Notes under the pieces: generated by a model
Seen by the model: only the letters and a program-made list of their open reading frames with translations
Database searches by the model: none
What the model was told of the DNA's origin: nothing
From: Dicyema japonicum
Taxonomy: Eukaryota > Animalia > Dicyemida
Direction: 5' to 3'
Assembly (NCBI GenBank): GCA_011109175.1
Contig: RDEW01000034.1
Location: forward strand, 106,670 to 148,329
DNA: 41,660 bases
Translations under genes and position numbers: made by a program
Part shown: positions 10,288 through 23,439 of the stretch, in pieces
Layout of the letters: each line of letters starts with the position of its first letter
Numbering within the stretch: position 1 is the stretch's first letter

Positions 10288-12329
10288 AATTGATGACCTT
10301 AATATAAATTTAATTTAATTTTTTATTTGAATTTATAAATTTGTATTATATTATTTATAATGAATAAATAATCTTTTCGATTTCAAGGATCTTATACCTG
10401 GTAATCGGTTCAACATGGCTTTCAAATCTTCTTTTTTCTGCGACCAAATTTCTTAGGATCACCGAAACTATCACGTCTACATTATATATAAATTATTCAA
10501 ATGAATGAAGAATCTCTATGGATGGAAGTTGGGTTGTGTAATATCTCATAAACATACTCTCTATCANAATTTAATTTAATTTTTTATTTGAATTTATAAA
10601 TTTGTATTATATTATTTATAATAAATAAATAATATTTTCGATTTCAAGGATCTTATACCTGGTAATCGGTTCAACATGGCTTTTAAATCTTCTTTTTTCT
10701 GCGACTAAATTTCTTCGGATCACCGAAACTATAAGGTCTATATTATATATAAATTATTCAAATAAATGAAGAATCTCTATGGATGGAAATTGGGTTGAGT
10801 AATATCTCATAAACATACTCTCTATCACAATTGTGTCAATATAAATCAACGTAATTTGGGTTCCATTTTCAACTTTCAGTTCAGAATAATTTCCATAAAA
10901 CTCTCTTATATTAATTCTCCATGTTCTCATATAAAATGGGATGCTAACATGTAGCTCTGTCTTATTGTATTTAGTTTGTTGTGTTTGGATAAGTATATCG
11001 CTTAATTATTATTAATATTATTATCGCATTCTTTTAATTCTGTAGTCACAAAGTGCTGTCATATGCAGGCAGAGAATTAACAACGACCAAGATGAGGACT
11101 TTGATAGAGCGAATCGGAGGCAAGTATCATACTTCTGGAAGATGAGTACATCGGGTAGGGTTGATCAAATTTAATTATTAAGCTAATATTGTTAAACATA
11201 AAATATTGCCAACTCTCAGAAAAGCCGCTAAAACTAGGGTCAACGATTTTCACGTCAAATCATGATAGTTCAAAGAAAGCAGCAGAGATCCTGAACAACT
11301 ATTAATTTAAATTAATTTTAATTTATTCAACCAAAACCACCGTCAAATCCAAAATAACCAATTTTCAGGTGATCCCAGCTTCCCTCAACAATCTCCGCAT
11401 CTTTTCTCATTGTTCTGACTCTGTTCCTGCGCATTCTTTTGACATGACGAGTCTCCACCGAATATGTGACCGGATGTGTAGAAAGAGCCGTCAGGGGAAC
11501 TTCTCTGGATGATCGTTGACAAATGGTTCTTTTGGATACATTTTGACATGTATCTTACGTTACCAGAGATGGCAACCACATGACGAACGTTAATTAAGGG
11601 AATTAGGAACAGACGAAAAAAACAGAAACTTTAAACAATTAGAACGAAGCACCACATGGCGTTACGTGGCTTTTTTAATCTATTCCAAAAAAGAAAGATG
11701 TCGAGGATGTGAACAACTATTCCTACCAAAAATAAAAAGGACGTCCGAGTTCAACTTTCTTGNGATGTGTAGAAAGAGCCGTCCAGGGGAACATCTCTGA
11801 ATGATCGTTGACAAATGGTTCTTTTGGATACATTTTGACTTGTATCTTACGTTACCTGACATGGCAACCACATGATAAACGTTAATTAAGGAATTAGGAA
11901 CAGACGAAAAAAACAGAAACTTTAAACAATTAGAACGAAGCACCACATGGCGTTACGTGGCTTTTTTAATCTATTCCAAAAAAGGAAGATGTCGAGGATG
12001 TGAACAACTATTCCTACCAAAAATAAAAAGGACGTCCGAGTTCAACTTTCTTGGAAAAAAATTATTATATTTTTACTAACATTGATGAGTAAATTTAATA
12101 AAATATTTATTTAAAAATATAAATTAAAATTTTTTTTAACTGGTCGACCATCATTAATTTATTAGACACGTTGTCATTGGTTCTCGTGGGCTTTGTGGTT
12201 GTGTTTTGTATTTTCCTGTACGTTTCTTCAACATTGAAAGTAACAGATTTTCAAATTTTTATTGGATAAATATTTGATTCATCAATAAATTGTCATTATG
12301 TTTTTTTAATTCTGAAGAAATGATGTGGA

Positions 12330-13210
12330 TGTACAATTCCCTCTCACCATGGTCTAGGCGGTGTTCACAAAAACATTATGATTCCTTGTTAGTTTTATAT
12401 TTATTAAAAATCAATTGTTGCATCGAGATAAAAATACTATGGTTTGACTTAATGATGTATTCATTACTACATTTCCCAACCATTTGAGCCGATACAAGAA
12501 TTCAATGGACGAATATCCATTTTTTAACATCCATAAATCTTCTCTATTTCTCTATTTTCCTACCAGACCAGATGCTTAAAAAAGACATTATTAAGATTGG
12601 TTGAAAATAGAAAATCTCGATGCTATTTCTAATGACTCTAAAAGCTACAATTTCTCAGTCAAAATTACAGTATTCTCAAAATATTATTAATTCAAGTTGT
12701 ATTAGAATGATGTTTTGTGAGTGAAATAAGGACTGTTCGAGATTTTCAGACAAATCAATTCTTCTTGCATTGTGTCGTTACTTAATGGAATATTGCTTAG
12801 TAATTCAGTAGATTTCCAACCAGAATATTTTTATTAACATTTTGCGCGAGAAAGTACAGATCTCTCAGTAATCAGGATTACCTATATAAATTAAAATAAA
12901 GAAAATCCAGTGGTGGCCATGATTTCTGCAACTTTTTTTTCCTGAAGAGTTTCAGCATTTGTCGCTATTAGTTGAGTTATTTTCGTAGTTTTTCCTTTGG
13001 CTTCAGAAAATTTTAATATCTTTTCCTATTGAGGACACTTGCTTTTTGGGTGTTCTAATAAGCGAGATGGCTTCATTGTTCCTTCATAGACCCACGTAAA
13101 TTAAGTGGATCCTTTGAATTTTGAATAAAACCATACGATAAATATTTCTTCTTCAACATTCAATTTGAAGTATTGTTCATTATGCAATTTATCCTTATCT
13201 ATCAACTTGT
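12330..13210 (-). mobile_element. hAT (Buster/Charlie-like) transposase remnant, copy 1
   Basis: Frameshifted YLSYGF, MKPSRLLEHPK and LSNDTMQRRID, characteristic of ZBED5/SCAND3-like transposases. Confidence 0.7.
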
Positions 13211-13549
13211 ATTCCGTCATTGCTCCAACAAGTAATCTTCTAGTGAAACTGCTTCTATTTGGACTTATGTTCATTTTCCAATGTATCATGGGATTATGCC
13301 AACTTGAATCTTATCATTTCTCAAGTTCTTTCAAATAAACTGTTTTGTTGCTTTGAGGAACATTATTAATGGCACTTTAACAAGATAATAATATTTTACA
13401 AGCTAACAGACAACCTCAGGAGGTATCCAAAGAGTCTCCATCGAAGCTTATGATCTCGTTGCTTATTGTTGTATAGACACTATTTTTTAATTGGAGATTT
13501 TTTTAATAAAGATATATTTATAATTAAATTTATTTTAAATAATTTAGAT

Positions 13550-14350
13550 AATCCATTTTTGGTGATGACGGAAGGTCATAAGGTCCGTTCTGACGGTGGC
13601 TATTTTTTCTCAGGATGGCCAGCGAGATTTGAGGAAATAACCAAATTTTAGTGGTACCCGATTTAAAAATAAAAAGACGTAAAAACCTGATTGCAGACGA
13701 GTAAATGTTCTGTTGCCTCTTCAGCAAAGATGTCGGACAATCCTCACTAGAATAGCTAGTATTAAGCGGAGGGTTTAGATTCGGAATCACTTATTTTCGG
13801 GGCAATTTGTAGAGGTGGTTTTCTCTTTATGTGTATTGACAAATCTGTTCTCAATTTTTTTGTTCGTATTTATTTGCAAGAGACAGGGAATTGGATCTTT
13901 AAACGGTCCTTAATTGATATCCATAAATAACATGTGTTATCTGCCTGGTATGTTTCTTTGTATACTGCCTCATTTCCAAACGTTTTGAGATAAAATACAC
14001 TGGGATGTCTCATAAGTGATGTCCTAAGGCCCCTAGTTCTAATCTTCTTACTGTGGTCTTGACTCAAAGCCAACCCCTGATCGGTGGTTTGTTCTCAATG
14101 TTGAAGTACTTGTATATTATGTTATTTGCGGGAGGATCTATATATTAAGATGAAATTATTCCAAACACCAACTGCAAAACCGAGTTAAATAATCCCGTGG
14201 TCCTGACGAGTTCCAGTTGACCTCTCATCTAGTACAGTGATCTAGAGGAAATTTCTGGGAGTTGCGGTCTAAGCGCAGGTGAAGTTGTATTCTTTTGAAT
14301 GGCAACGTCCTCTGAATTAAGTGAACATAGATCCCACTAGAATACAAGAT
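13550..14350 (-). mobile_element. Penelope-like remnant, copy 1 (lacks ~165 bp relative to copy 2)
   Basis: Homolog of 19170-20110; the SSAIRF...ISLAILRK end resembles the C-terminus of the Penelope GIY-YIG domain. Confidence 0.4.
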
Positions 14351-14429
14351 AAATTTTCAATTAAAAAAAAATTGTAGCACATCACACGTGACAATTAATT
14401 TAATAACCTCAGATTACCGATAAAGAAGT

Positions 14430-14702
14430 TAAAGTAAACAACTAATTAAGTGTATCCAGTTTCCATTTCTACAAAACAGAGTCCATCCGGATCAACATAA
14501 AGGTACAAGACGTCCATACATGCAGTTGTGGAAACCCCTCCAGTGGAGTGGAGAAGAGCAAATATCCTTTTCGAGCCGGGCTGGCACTGGGCGTCACCTA
14601 GACAGGTGGATCACATGTCGCCACTCTAATAGGAAGAGAGAGAGGAACAGACAAGCAACAGAAAACTTCAACCAATAAACCACGCAGCACTACATGGCCG
14701 CC
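14430..14702 (-). repeat. SINE-like family A, copy 2
   Basis: Reverse-complement homology to 6099-6365. Confidence 0.75.
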
Positions 14703-14869
14703 ACAGGCTTAATCAAAACAAATTTAACCTTTTCAATTACTTTCATGATATAATAAACAATATTTTAAATTAATTTTAATTTGATTTTAAATAATTTTAT
14801 TTTTTTTCAAATAAATTAATGGAGTGGTAGGCATTGAAGAAGCTAAGAGAACTCACCTAACTAGTCACA

Positions 14870-16000
14870 CAGTAAAAGGATCATTTGTTACCCAATCCAA
14901 GATGAACGTCTATCGGCACGGCTCTCTCTGTATTACTCATCTGACCTGTTAGAACGCTTTTAATCATTTATGGAGGCATCAAACCTAATCCGGGACCTAC
15001 GAAATCTATTCCATCATTCAACTCAACATAGGAAAGATAATCGAGGTCAGAACTTTCTCGAAGAAATACGACGTTGACGTGTTCCTCCCATGAGACGAAA
15101 CTGACATACTCTTCCCCAACTCCAACGCTTCCGGGATACACTGTTATCAGAAAGGATCGCCAGTTTTGAAATGGAGGAAGTAGTCATTACCCTCGTCAAA
15201 ATTGAGATCGGAACACAACAACGCCTTTGCATTATGATCCTCCATCTCCTATGGAATACATTGGGATCCCTATTCAAACCAATATTGTAAATATTACTAT
15301 TTGAACTTTTACATTCCTCTACCAGCTCCTACCCAAAAAATTTTCCTTCTCCCTTATGTGTTACATCAATAACAACATTTTTGATATGTGCCGAACTCCA
15401 CACGAAACACCGGACCTGGTACAAAAGCCTTGTCCTCTCTCATGGATAATTTCATAATCCTTAACGACTATCGGATGAACACAAGAACACATCATGACAA
15501 CAAGACTTCACCTAATTTCACCTTTGCTACTCCCAACATTACTTCTCCTGGAACTGGTCTGTGATCTATGACTTTAGGTACCACCATAATCCATCAAACA
15601 AATTTGGAGTGACTTCATAAATGGTTGAACTCAAATTCAATAGAAGGCTATCAAGTTATTCCGCCGAACTATTTTTGAATTGTGAACTAATCCCTCACAG
15701 GAAGCAAGCTAGAATGCTGGGAGTAACATTTGACATCCTCATGGCCTTCAGCACATATGTGTCAAACGTCATTAGTGTTTCGGCACGAATGCTTAAGTTC
15801 GTGAAGATGTCTTTAAATTCAAAAAAATCCTCAAACTGGTCATTTTCCACGTTGTACACCGAATTCATCGAGAAGACTATAAGTGATAAATGTGCACTTG
15901 AGGAACAAAACTTGCTCAATCCAGTATGATAAAAACAATCTCCCAAATCACAGGACTACTGATAAGGGCAACTCTATTGAGGTCATTGTGAGTAGTCGGG
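14870..16000 (+). mobile_element. APE-type LINE remnant with 2A-like motif, copy 1 (most of RT deleted)
   Basis: GGIKPNPGP, then APE motifs HETKL, LPGYTVIRKDR and an altered GDFN motif, then RT-thumb MLGVTFD...F..YV. Confidence 0.8.
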
Positions 16001-18089
16001 AGGCACATTCATCAAAAATGGAAAACCCCAAGAAGAACAGTGATGTCGGAATCACCTGATAGCCTTTTCCTTTTAATTAGTGTTTACCTGGTGACTTTTT
16101 TGAGAAAGTATTTTAGATAAGCACAAGTTCGGGATTAGGGAATCCAATGATGAATTCACATCTGATTCGACATTGTGTAAATATGAAGATGCTTAAAGAG
16201 ATTTCGGAGTCTCAATGTAAGAAAATATGAATTTTATAAAAAGTGTAAAGATTTTGATGATCAATTCAGCATTAGGGAACCACGTGGAGAGGTCTCCTAA
16301 CTAAAAGGATACGAAATTTTGATTTTGTTCAATAACTTTGGGGACGCGTAATCATGTCTCTTATTTGGACGAGTAAATGTGGCGGTAATCAAATAGTACT
16401 CCTAGTGTGTAGTAAATTACAAGTATTCTTCAGCTTATCTTAGATGATCTCCCTATGAGCATTACATCGTCGCCACCAAAACCTACCTAATAAATTAACA
16501 CAAAAACAGGAATAACGTCAAGTAATCAGGTGATCCTAATCACCAAAACCAACTGTGACATCCAAGGGCTGTGAGCATTCATTGTCCCGACCAATGAGCG
16601 AAAGTGCCAGTTCTCATTCCTGTAGAAGAATTCAATATGAGATGAAAACCTCTTCGCAGGAATTTGTCTTTAAATCTACATAAATTATCATAGAATTATG
16701 TTAAATTGATTTTTTTGTCAAGCTCCTAAAATTTCATTCGATCATAAGCATATCAAAGTAAATAAGATCATTATCATAATTACAATGCCTCAAGAGACAG
16801 TTCGATTTCTAGCAGACTTAGCCGTACCTAAGAAATTCATGACCCAAATCACTTTTCACAAAATGTGATCGGATATTTAACTGTCGAAAAAAGTAACTGA
16901 TTGAGCTCACTACCACTCTTAATTCATAGAGATATTTACTAATATGTTACATAATTAATTAAAGATGATTGATTTCTCTAACATTTTCCATGTCTTGTTA
17001 CTTTGGTTAAAGATTTATTTTCCATCATATAGATGATAGTATTGATCCTTCGCCTAGTTACAAAAACAAAAATCGATTCAGCAGGATTTACTGGATTCCA
17101 ACAAATGGATTTAACACCTAAATTAACTACTGGATTACATGGATGAGAGGTAAGTAACATACTTCTGGAAGATGATTACATCGGGTAGGGTTGATCAAAT
17201 TTAATTATTAAGCTAATATTGTTAAACATAAATATTGTCAACTCTCAGAAAAGCCGCTAAACTAGGGTCAACGATTTTCACGTCAAATCATGATAGTTCA
17301 AAGAAAGCAGCAGAGATCCTGAACAACTATTAATTTAAATTAATTTTAATTTATTCAACCAAAACCACCGTCAAATCCAAAATAACCAATTTTCAGGTGA
17401 TCTCAGCTTCTCTCAATAATCTCCGCATCTTTTCTCATTGTTCTGACTCTGTTCCTGCGCATTCTTTTGACATGGCGATTCTCCACCGAATATGTGCCCG
17501 GATGTGTTGAATGAGCCGTCCAGGGGAACCTCTCTGTATGATCGTTGACAAATGGTTTTTGGATACATTTTGAATTGTATCTTACGTTACCAGACATGGC
17601 AACCACATGACGAACGTTAATTAATGGAATTAGGAACAGACGAAAAAAACAGAAACTTTAAACAATTAGAACGATGCACCACATGGCGTTACGTGGCTTT
17701 TTTAATCTATTCCAAAAAAGGAAGATGTCGAGGATGTGAACAACTATTCCTACCAAAAATAAAAAGGACGTCCGAGTTCAACTTTCTTGGAAAAAATTAT
17801 TATATTTTTACTAACATTGATGAGTAAATTTAATAAAATATTTATTTAAAAATATAAATTAAATTTTTTTTAAACTGGTCGACCATCATTAATTTATTAT
17901 ACACGTTGTCATTGGTTCTCGTGGGCTCTGTGGTTGTGTTTTGTATTTTCCTGTACGTTTCTTCAACATTGAAAGTAACAGATTTATCAAATTTTTATTG
18001 GATAAATATTTGATTCATCAATAAATTGTCATTATGTTTTTTTTAATTCTGAAGAATTGATGTGGATGTACAATTCCCTCTCACCATGG

Positions 18090-18960
18090 TCTAGGCGGTG
18101 TTCACAAAAACATTATGATTCCTTGTTAATTTTATATTTATTAAAAATCAATTGCTGCATCGATGATAAAAATACTATGATTTGACTTAATGATGTATTC
18201 TTTACTACATTTCCCAACCATTTGAGCCGATACAAGAATTCAATGAACGAATATTCCATTTTTGTTTTAAGCATGTCATAAATCCTCTCTATTTCTCTAT
18301 TTTCCTACCATGACCAGATGCTTAAGAAAGACATTATAAGATTGGTTGAAAATAGAAAATCTCGATGCTATTTCTAATGACTCTAAAAGCTATAATTTCT
18401 CAGTCAAAATTACAGGTATTCTCAAAATATTATTATTTCAAGTTGTACTAGAATGACGTTTTGTGAGTGAAATAAGGACTGTTCGAGAATTTCAGACAAA
18501 TCAATTCTTCTTTGCATTGTGTCGTTACTTAATGTAATATTGCTTAGTAAATCAATAGATTTCCTACCAGAATATTTTTATTAACAATTTGCGCGGGAAA
18601 GTACAGATCTCTCAGAAATCATGATTACCTATATAAAATAAAATAAAGAAAATCCTGTAGTGGCCATGATTTCTTGCAACTTTTTTTTCCTGAAGAGTTT
18701 TCAGCATTTGTCGGTATTAGTCGAGTTATTTTTGTAGTTTTTCCTTTGGCTTTAAGAAAATTTCAATATCTTTTCCTATTGAGGATACTTGCGTTTTGGG
18801 TGTTCTAATAAGCGAGATGGCTTCATTGATCCTTCATAGACCCACGCTAAATTAAGTGGATCCTTTGGATTTTGAGTAAAACCATACGATAAATATTTCT
18901 TCTTCGACATTCAATTTGAAGTAATGTTCATTATGCAATTTATCCTTGGCTAACAACTTG
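18090..18960 (-). mobile_element. hAT (Buster/Charlie-like) transposase remnant, copy 2
   Basis: YLSYGFTQNPKDP, SMKPSRLLEHPKRKYP, LLSNITLSNDTMQRRIDLSEILEQ, YRLKWLGNV. Confidence 0.72.
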
Positions 18961-19169
18961 TATTCCGTCATTGCTCCATCAAGTAATCTTCAAGTGAAAC
19001 TGCTTCATTTGGAGTTATGTTCATTTTCCAATGTATCTAAGTCTTCACCGACCTTTAGTAGTCTGGTGTTGTTGTATACACACTTATTTTTTAATTGGAA
19101 ATTTTTTTTAATAAAGATATATTATAATTAAATTTATTTTAAATAATTTAGATAATCCATTTTTTGTGA

Positions 19170-20110
19170 TGACGGAAGGTCATAGGGTCCGTTCTAACGG
19201 TGGCTAATTTTCTCTCAGGATGGCCAGCGAGATTTGAGGAAATAACCAAATTTTAGTGGTACCCGATTTAAAAATAAAAAGACGTAAAAAACCTGATTGC
19301 AGACGAGTAAATGTTCCGTTGCCTTTTCAGCAAAGATGTCGGAAAATCCCCACTAGAATAGCTAGTATTAAGCGGGGGTTTTGGTTCGGAATCACTTATT
19401 TTCGGGCAACTTGTAGAGGTGGTTTTCTCTTTATGTGTATTGACAAATCTGTTCTCACTTTTTTTGATAAGACCATCATTTGTTTACAAGAGATGTCTCC
19501 CTGGACCGCGATATTTTTTACAAGGCATCTGAATAATTTGCAGTCGAACCTTTTCTGTTGTGGAAGATACATGGTTTGTTCGAAAGTTAGTTGAAAGAGT
19601 GAGATTGTGTTCATGATATCTTTCGTATTTATTTGCAAGAGACAGGGAATTGGATCTTAAACGGTCCTTAATTGATATCCATAAATAACATGTGTTATCT
19701 GCCTGGTATGTTTCTTTGTATACTGCCTCATTTCCAAACGTTTTGAGATAAAATACACTGGGATGTCTCATAAGTGATGTCCTAAGGCCCCTAGTTCTAA
19801 TCTCCTTACTGTGGTCTTGACTCAAAGCCAACCCCTGATCGGTGGTTTGTTCTCAATGTTGAAGTACTTGTATATTATGTTATTTGCGGGAGGATCTATA
19901 TATTAAGATGAAATTATTCCAAACACCAACTGCAAAACCGAATTAAATAATCCCGTGGTCCTGACGCGTTCCAGTTGACCTCTCATCTAGCACAGTGATC
20001 CAGAGGAAATTTTTGGGAGTTGCGGTCTAAGCGCAGGTGAGGATGTATTTTTTTGAATGGCAACGTCCTCTGAATTAAGTGAACATAGATCCCACTAGAA
20101 TACAAGATAA
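19170..20110 (-). mobile_element. Penelope-like remnant, copy 2
   Basis: Frameshifted KLFRC...RETS, SSAIRF and LAILREN.PPL motifs resemble the GIY-YIG region; heavily decayed. Confidence 0.45.
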
Positions 20111-20187
20111 ATTTTGAATTAAAAAGCAATTGTAGCACATCACACGTGACAATTAATTTAATAACCTCAGATTACCGATAAAGAAGT

Positions 20188-20433
20188 TAAAGTAAACTAA
20201 TTAAGTGTATCCAGTTTCCACTTCTACAAAACAGAGTCCATCCGGATCAACATAAAGGGTACAAGACGTCCATACTTGCATTTGTGGAAACCCCTACCGT
20301 GAGTAAGGAGAGCAAATGATTCTTTATCGCGCCGGTCTGTCACTGGGCGCCACCTAGACAGGTGGATCACGTGACACCACTATAATAGGAAGGGAAAGCA
20401 GAAAACATAAAACAATTAGCCACGTAGGACCAC
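20188..20433 (-). repeat. SINE-like family A, copy 3
   Basis: Reverse-complement homology to 6099-6365. Confidence 0.75.
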
Positions 20434-20629
20434 ATTAAGCACGCGCGCATTGATTAAGCCAACTAAGCACTTATTTAAAACAAGTTTAACCTTTTCAATT
20501 ACTTTCATTATATAATAATCAATATTTTAAATTAGTTTTAATTTGATTCTAAATAGTTTTATTTTTTTTCAAATAAATTAATGGTGTGGTAGCCATTGAA
20601 GAAGCTACGAGAACTCACCCATCTAGTCC

Positions 20630-21760
20630 CACAGTAAAAATAGGATCATTTGCTACCACAATCCAAGATGAACGTCTTTCGTCAACGGATCTCTCTGTAT
20701 TACTCATCTGACCTGTTAGAAACGTTATTAATCATTTCTGGAGGCATCAAACCTAATCCGGTACCTGCGAAATCTATTTCCATCATTCAACTCAGCATAG
20801 GAAAGATAATCGAGGTCAGAACTTTCTCGAATAAATACGACGTCGACGTGTTCCTCCATGAGACGAAACTGACATACTCTTCCCCAACTCCAACGCTTCC
20901 GGGATACACCGTTATCAGAAAGGCTCGCTAGTTTTGCTGTGGGGGAAGTAGTCATTACCCTCGTCAAAATTGAGATCGGAACACAAAAACGCATTTACAT
21001 TATGTCCTTCATCTCCCATGGAATACATTGGGATCTCAATTCGAACCAAAATTGTAAATATTACAATTTGAACTTTTACATTCCTCTACCAGCTCCTACC
21101 CAAAAAAATTTCCTTCTCCCTTATGTGTTACATCAATAACAACATTTTTGATTTGTGCCGACCTCAACACGAAACACGGACCTAGTACAAAAGCCAGGTC
21201 CTCTCTCATGGATAATTTCATAATCCTTAACGTCTATCGGATGAACACAAGAACACATCATGAAAACAAGACTTCACCTAATTTCACCATTGCTACTCCC
21301 AACATTACTTCTCCTGGAACTGTCTGTGATCTATGACTTAAGGTACCACCATAATCCATCAAACAAATTTGGAGTGACTTCATAAATGGTTGAACTCAAA
21401 TTCAATAGAAGGCTATCAAGTCATTCCGCCGAACTATTTTTGAATTGTGAACTAATCCCTCACAAGAAGCAAGATAGAATGCTGGGAGTAACATTTGACA
21501 TCCTCATGGCCTTCAGCACATATGTGTCAAACGTCATTAGTGTTTCGGCACGAATGCTTAAGTTCATGAAGATGTCTTTAAATTCAAAAAAATCCTCAAA
21601 CTGGTCATTTTCCACGTTGTACACCGAATTCATCGAGAAAACTATAAGTGATAAATGTGCACTTGAAGAACAAAACTTGCTCAATCCAGTATGATAAAAA
21701 CAATCTCCCAAATCACAGGACTACTGATAAGGGCAACTTTATTGAGGTCATTGTGAGTAG
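20630..21760 (+). mobile_element. APE-type LINE remnant with 2A-like motif, copy 2
   Basis: LLIISGGIKPNPVP, HETKLT, LPGYTVIRK, ICADLN, MLGVTFD. Confidence 0.8.
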
Positions 21761-23439
21761 TCGGGAGGCACATTCATCAAAAATGGAAATCCCCAAAAAG
21801 AACGGTGATGTCGGAATCACCTGATAGCCTTTTCCTTTTAATTAGTGTTTACCTGGTGATTTTTGGAGAAAGTATTTTAGATAACCACAAGTTCGGGATT
21901 AGGGAATCCAATGATGAATTCACATCTGATTCGACATTGTGTAAAATATGAAGATGCTTAAAGAGATTTCTGGGTCTCAATACAAGAAAATATTAATTTT
22001 ATAAAAAGTGTAAAAATTGATTTTGATGATCAATTCAGCGTTAGGGAACCACGTGGAGAGGTCTCCAAACTAAAAGGAAACGAAAATTTGATTTTGTTCA
22101 ATAACTTTGGGGACGCGTAATCATGTCTTTTTTTTGGACGAGTAAATGTGGCGGTAATCAAATAGCACTCCTAATGTGTAGTAAATTACAAGTATTATTC
22201 TGCTGATCTTAGATGATCTCCCTATGAGCATTACCACGTCGCTACCAAAACCTACCTAACAAATTAACACAAAAACAGGAATAACGTCAAGTAATCAGGT
22301 GATCCTAATCACCAAAACCAACTGTGACATCCAAGGGTTGTGAGCATTCATTGTCCCTACCAATGAGCGAAAGTGCCAGTTCTCATTCCTGTAGAAGAAT
22401 TTAATTGGAGATGAAAACCTCTTCGCAGGAATTTGTCTTTAAATCTACATAAATTATCATAGAATTATGTTAAATTGATTTTTTTGTCAAGCTCCTAAAA
22501 TTTCATTCGATCATAAGCATATCAAAGTAAATAAGATCATTATCATAATTACAATGCCTCAAAAGACAGTTCGATTTCTAGCAGATTTAGCCGTACCTAA
22601 GAAATTCATGACCCAAATCGCTTTTCACAAAATGTGATCGGATATTTAACTGTCGAAAAAAAGTAACTGATTGAGCTCACTACCTCTCTTAATTCATAGA
22701 GATATTTACTAATATGTTACATAATTAATTAAAGATGATTGATTTCTCTATACATAAATTATCATAGAATTATGTTAAATTGATTTTTTTGTCAAGCTAC
22801 TAAAATTTCATTCGATCATAAGCATATCAAAGTAAATAAGATCATCATCATAATTACAATGCCTCAAGAGACAGTTCGATTTCTAGCAGATTTAGCCGTA
22901 CCTAAGAAATTCATGACCCAAATCGCTTTTCACAAAATGTGATCGGATATTTAACTGTCGAAAAAAAGTAACTGATTGAGCTCACTACCATTCTTAATTC
23001 ATAGAGATATTTACTAATATGTTACATAATTAATTAAAGATGATTGATTTCTTTATTTTTATCAAAATTATAATCATTTTAACATCTACTCATTCGATCT
23101 CTAATTAAAGATCTATTACTTTACTTTTCCTACATTTTCAGGGATAAGTAAAAATTAAACTAATTAAAGCTAATAACTCAGTACAGTCTAATTACAGTAC
23201 AGCCCGACCCCGAAATGGTGCAATAATTCCTAAATTGTGAGGTTTTCACCAAAAAATGATGTCATATTTTGGTTGAACTGGAGACGTGGTTTTTAAAATT
23301 GTATCTTTAAAACACGTTTCAAATAATCTGTTCACATTGGTCTTATTAAGCCTAATAAAATGTGGAAAAAGTACTTTTATAATTAAAATTACTATAACAC
23401 ATTAAAAACAAGAAAAATTATTAGATTTTTATTTTGATA

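Larger units (their letters stand above)
11127..16980. repeat. Segmental duplication, copy 1 (~5.8 kb)
   Basis: Collinear with 17157-22750 from CATACTTCTGGAAGATGA to GATGATTGATTTCTCTA, with scattered substitutions and several indels. Confidence 0.95.
17157..22750. repeat. Segmental duplication, copy 2 (~5.6 kb)
   Basis: Collinear with 11127-16980. Its last ~300 bp are repeated again in tandem at 22751-23053. Confidence 0.95.

Noticed and set aside
10560-10800. TAA readthrough or a variant genetic code suggested by the single in-frame TAA
   Set aside because: The ZER1-like gene has no internal TAA/TAG in 680 codons and ends in TAA, consistent with the standard code.
11370-12060. Minus-strand hydrophobic ORFs (and at 17400-17830) as a membrane-protein gene
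   Set aside because: Stops and frameshifts differ between the three copies and no consistent spliced model or family motif was found.
14200-14270. CTGACGAG as a hammerhead core
   Set aside because: No stem II closing onto a free GAAA; the paired copy at ~19960 reads CTGACGCG.
16000-16980. Unexplained segment at the end of the duplicated unit (also 21760-22750)
   Set aside because: No ORF, RNA fold or motif I could support on either strand.
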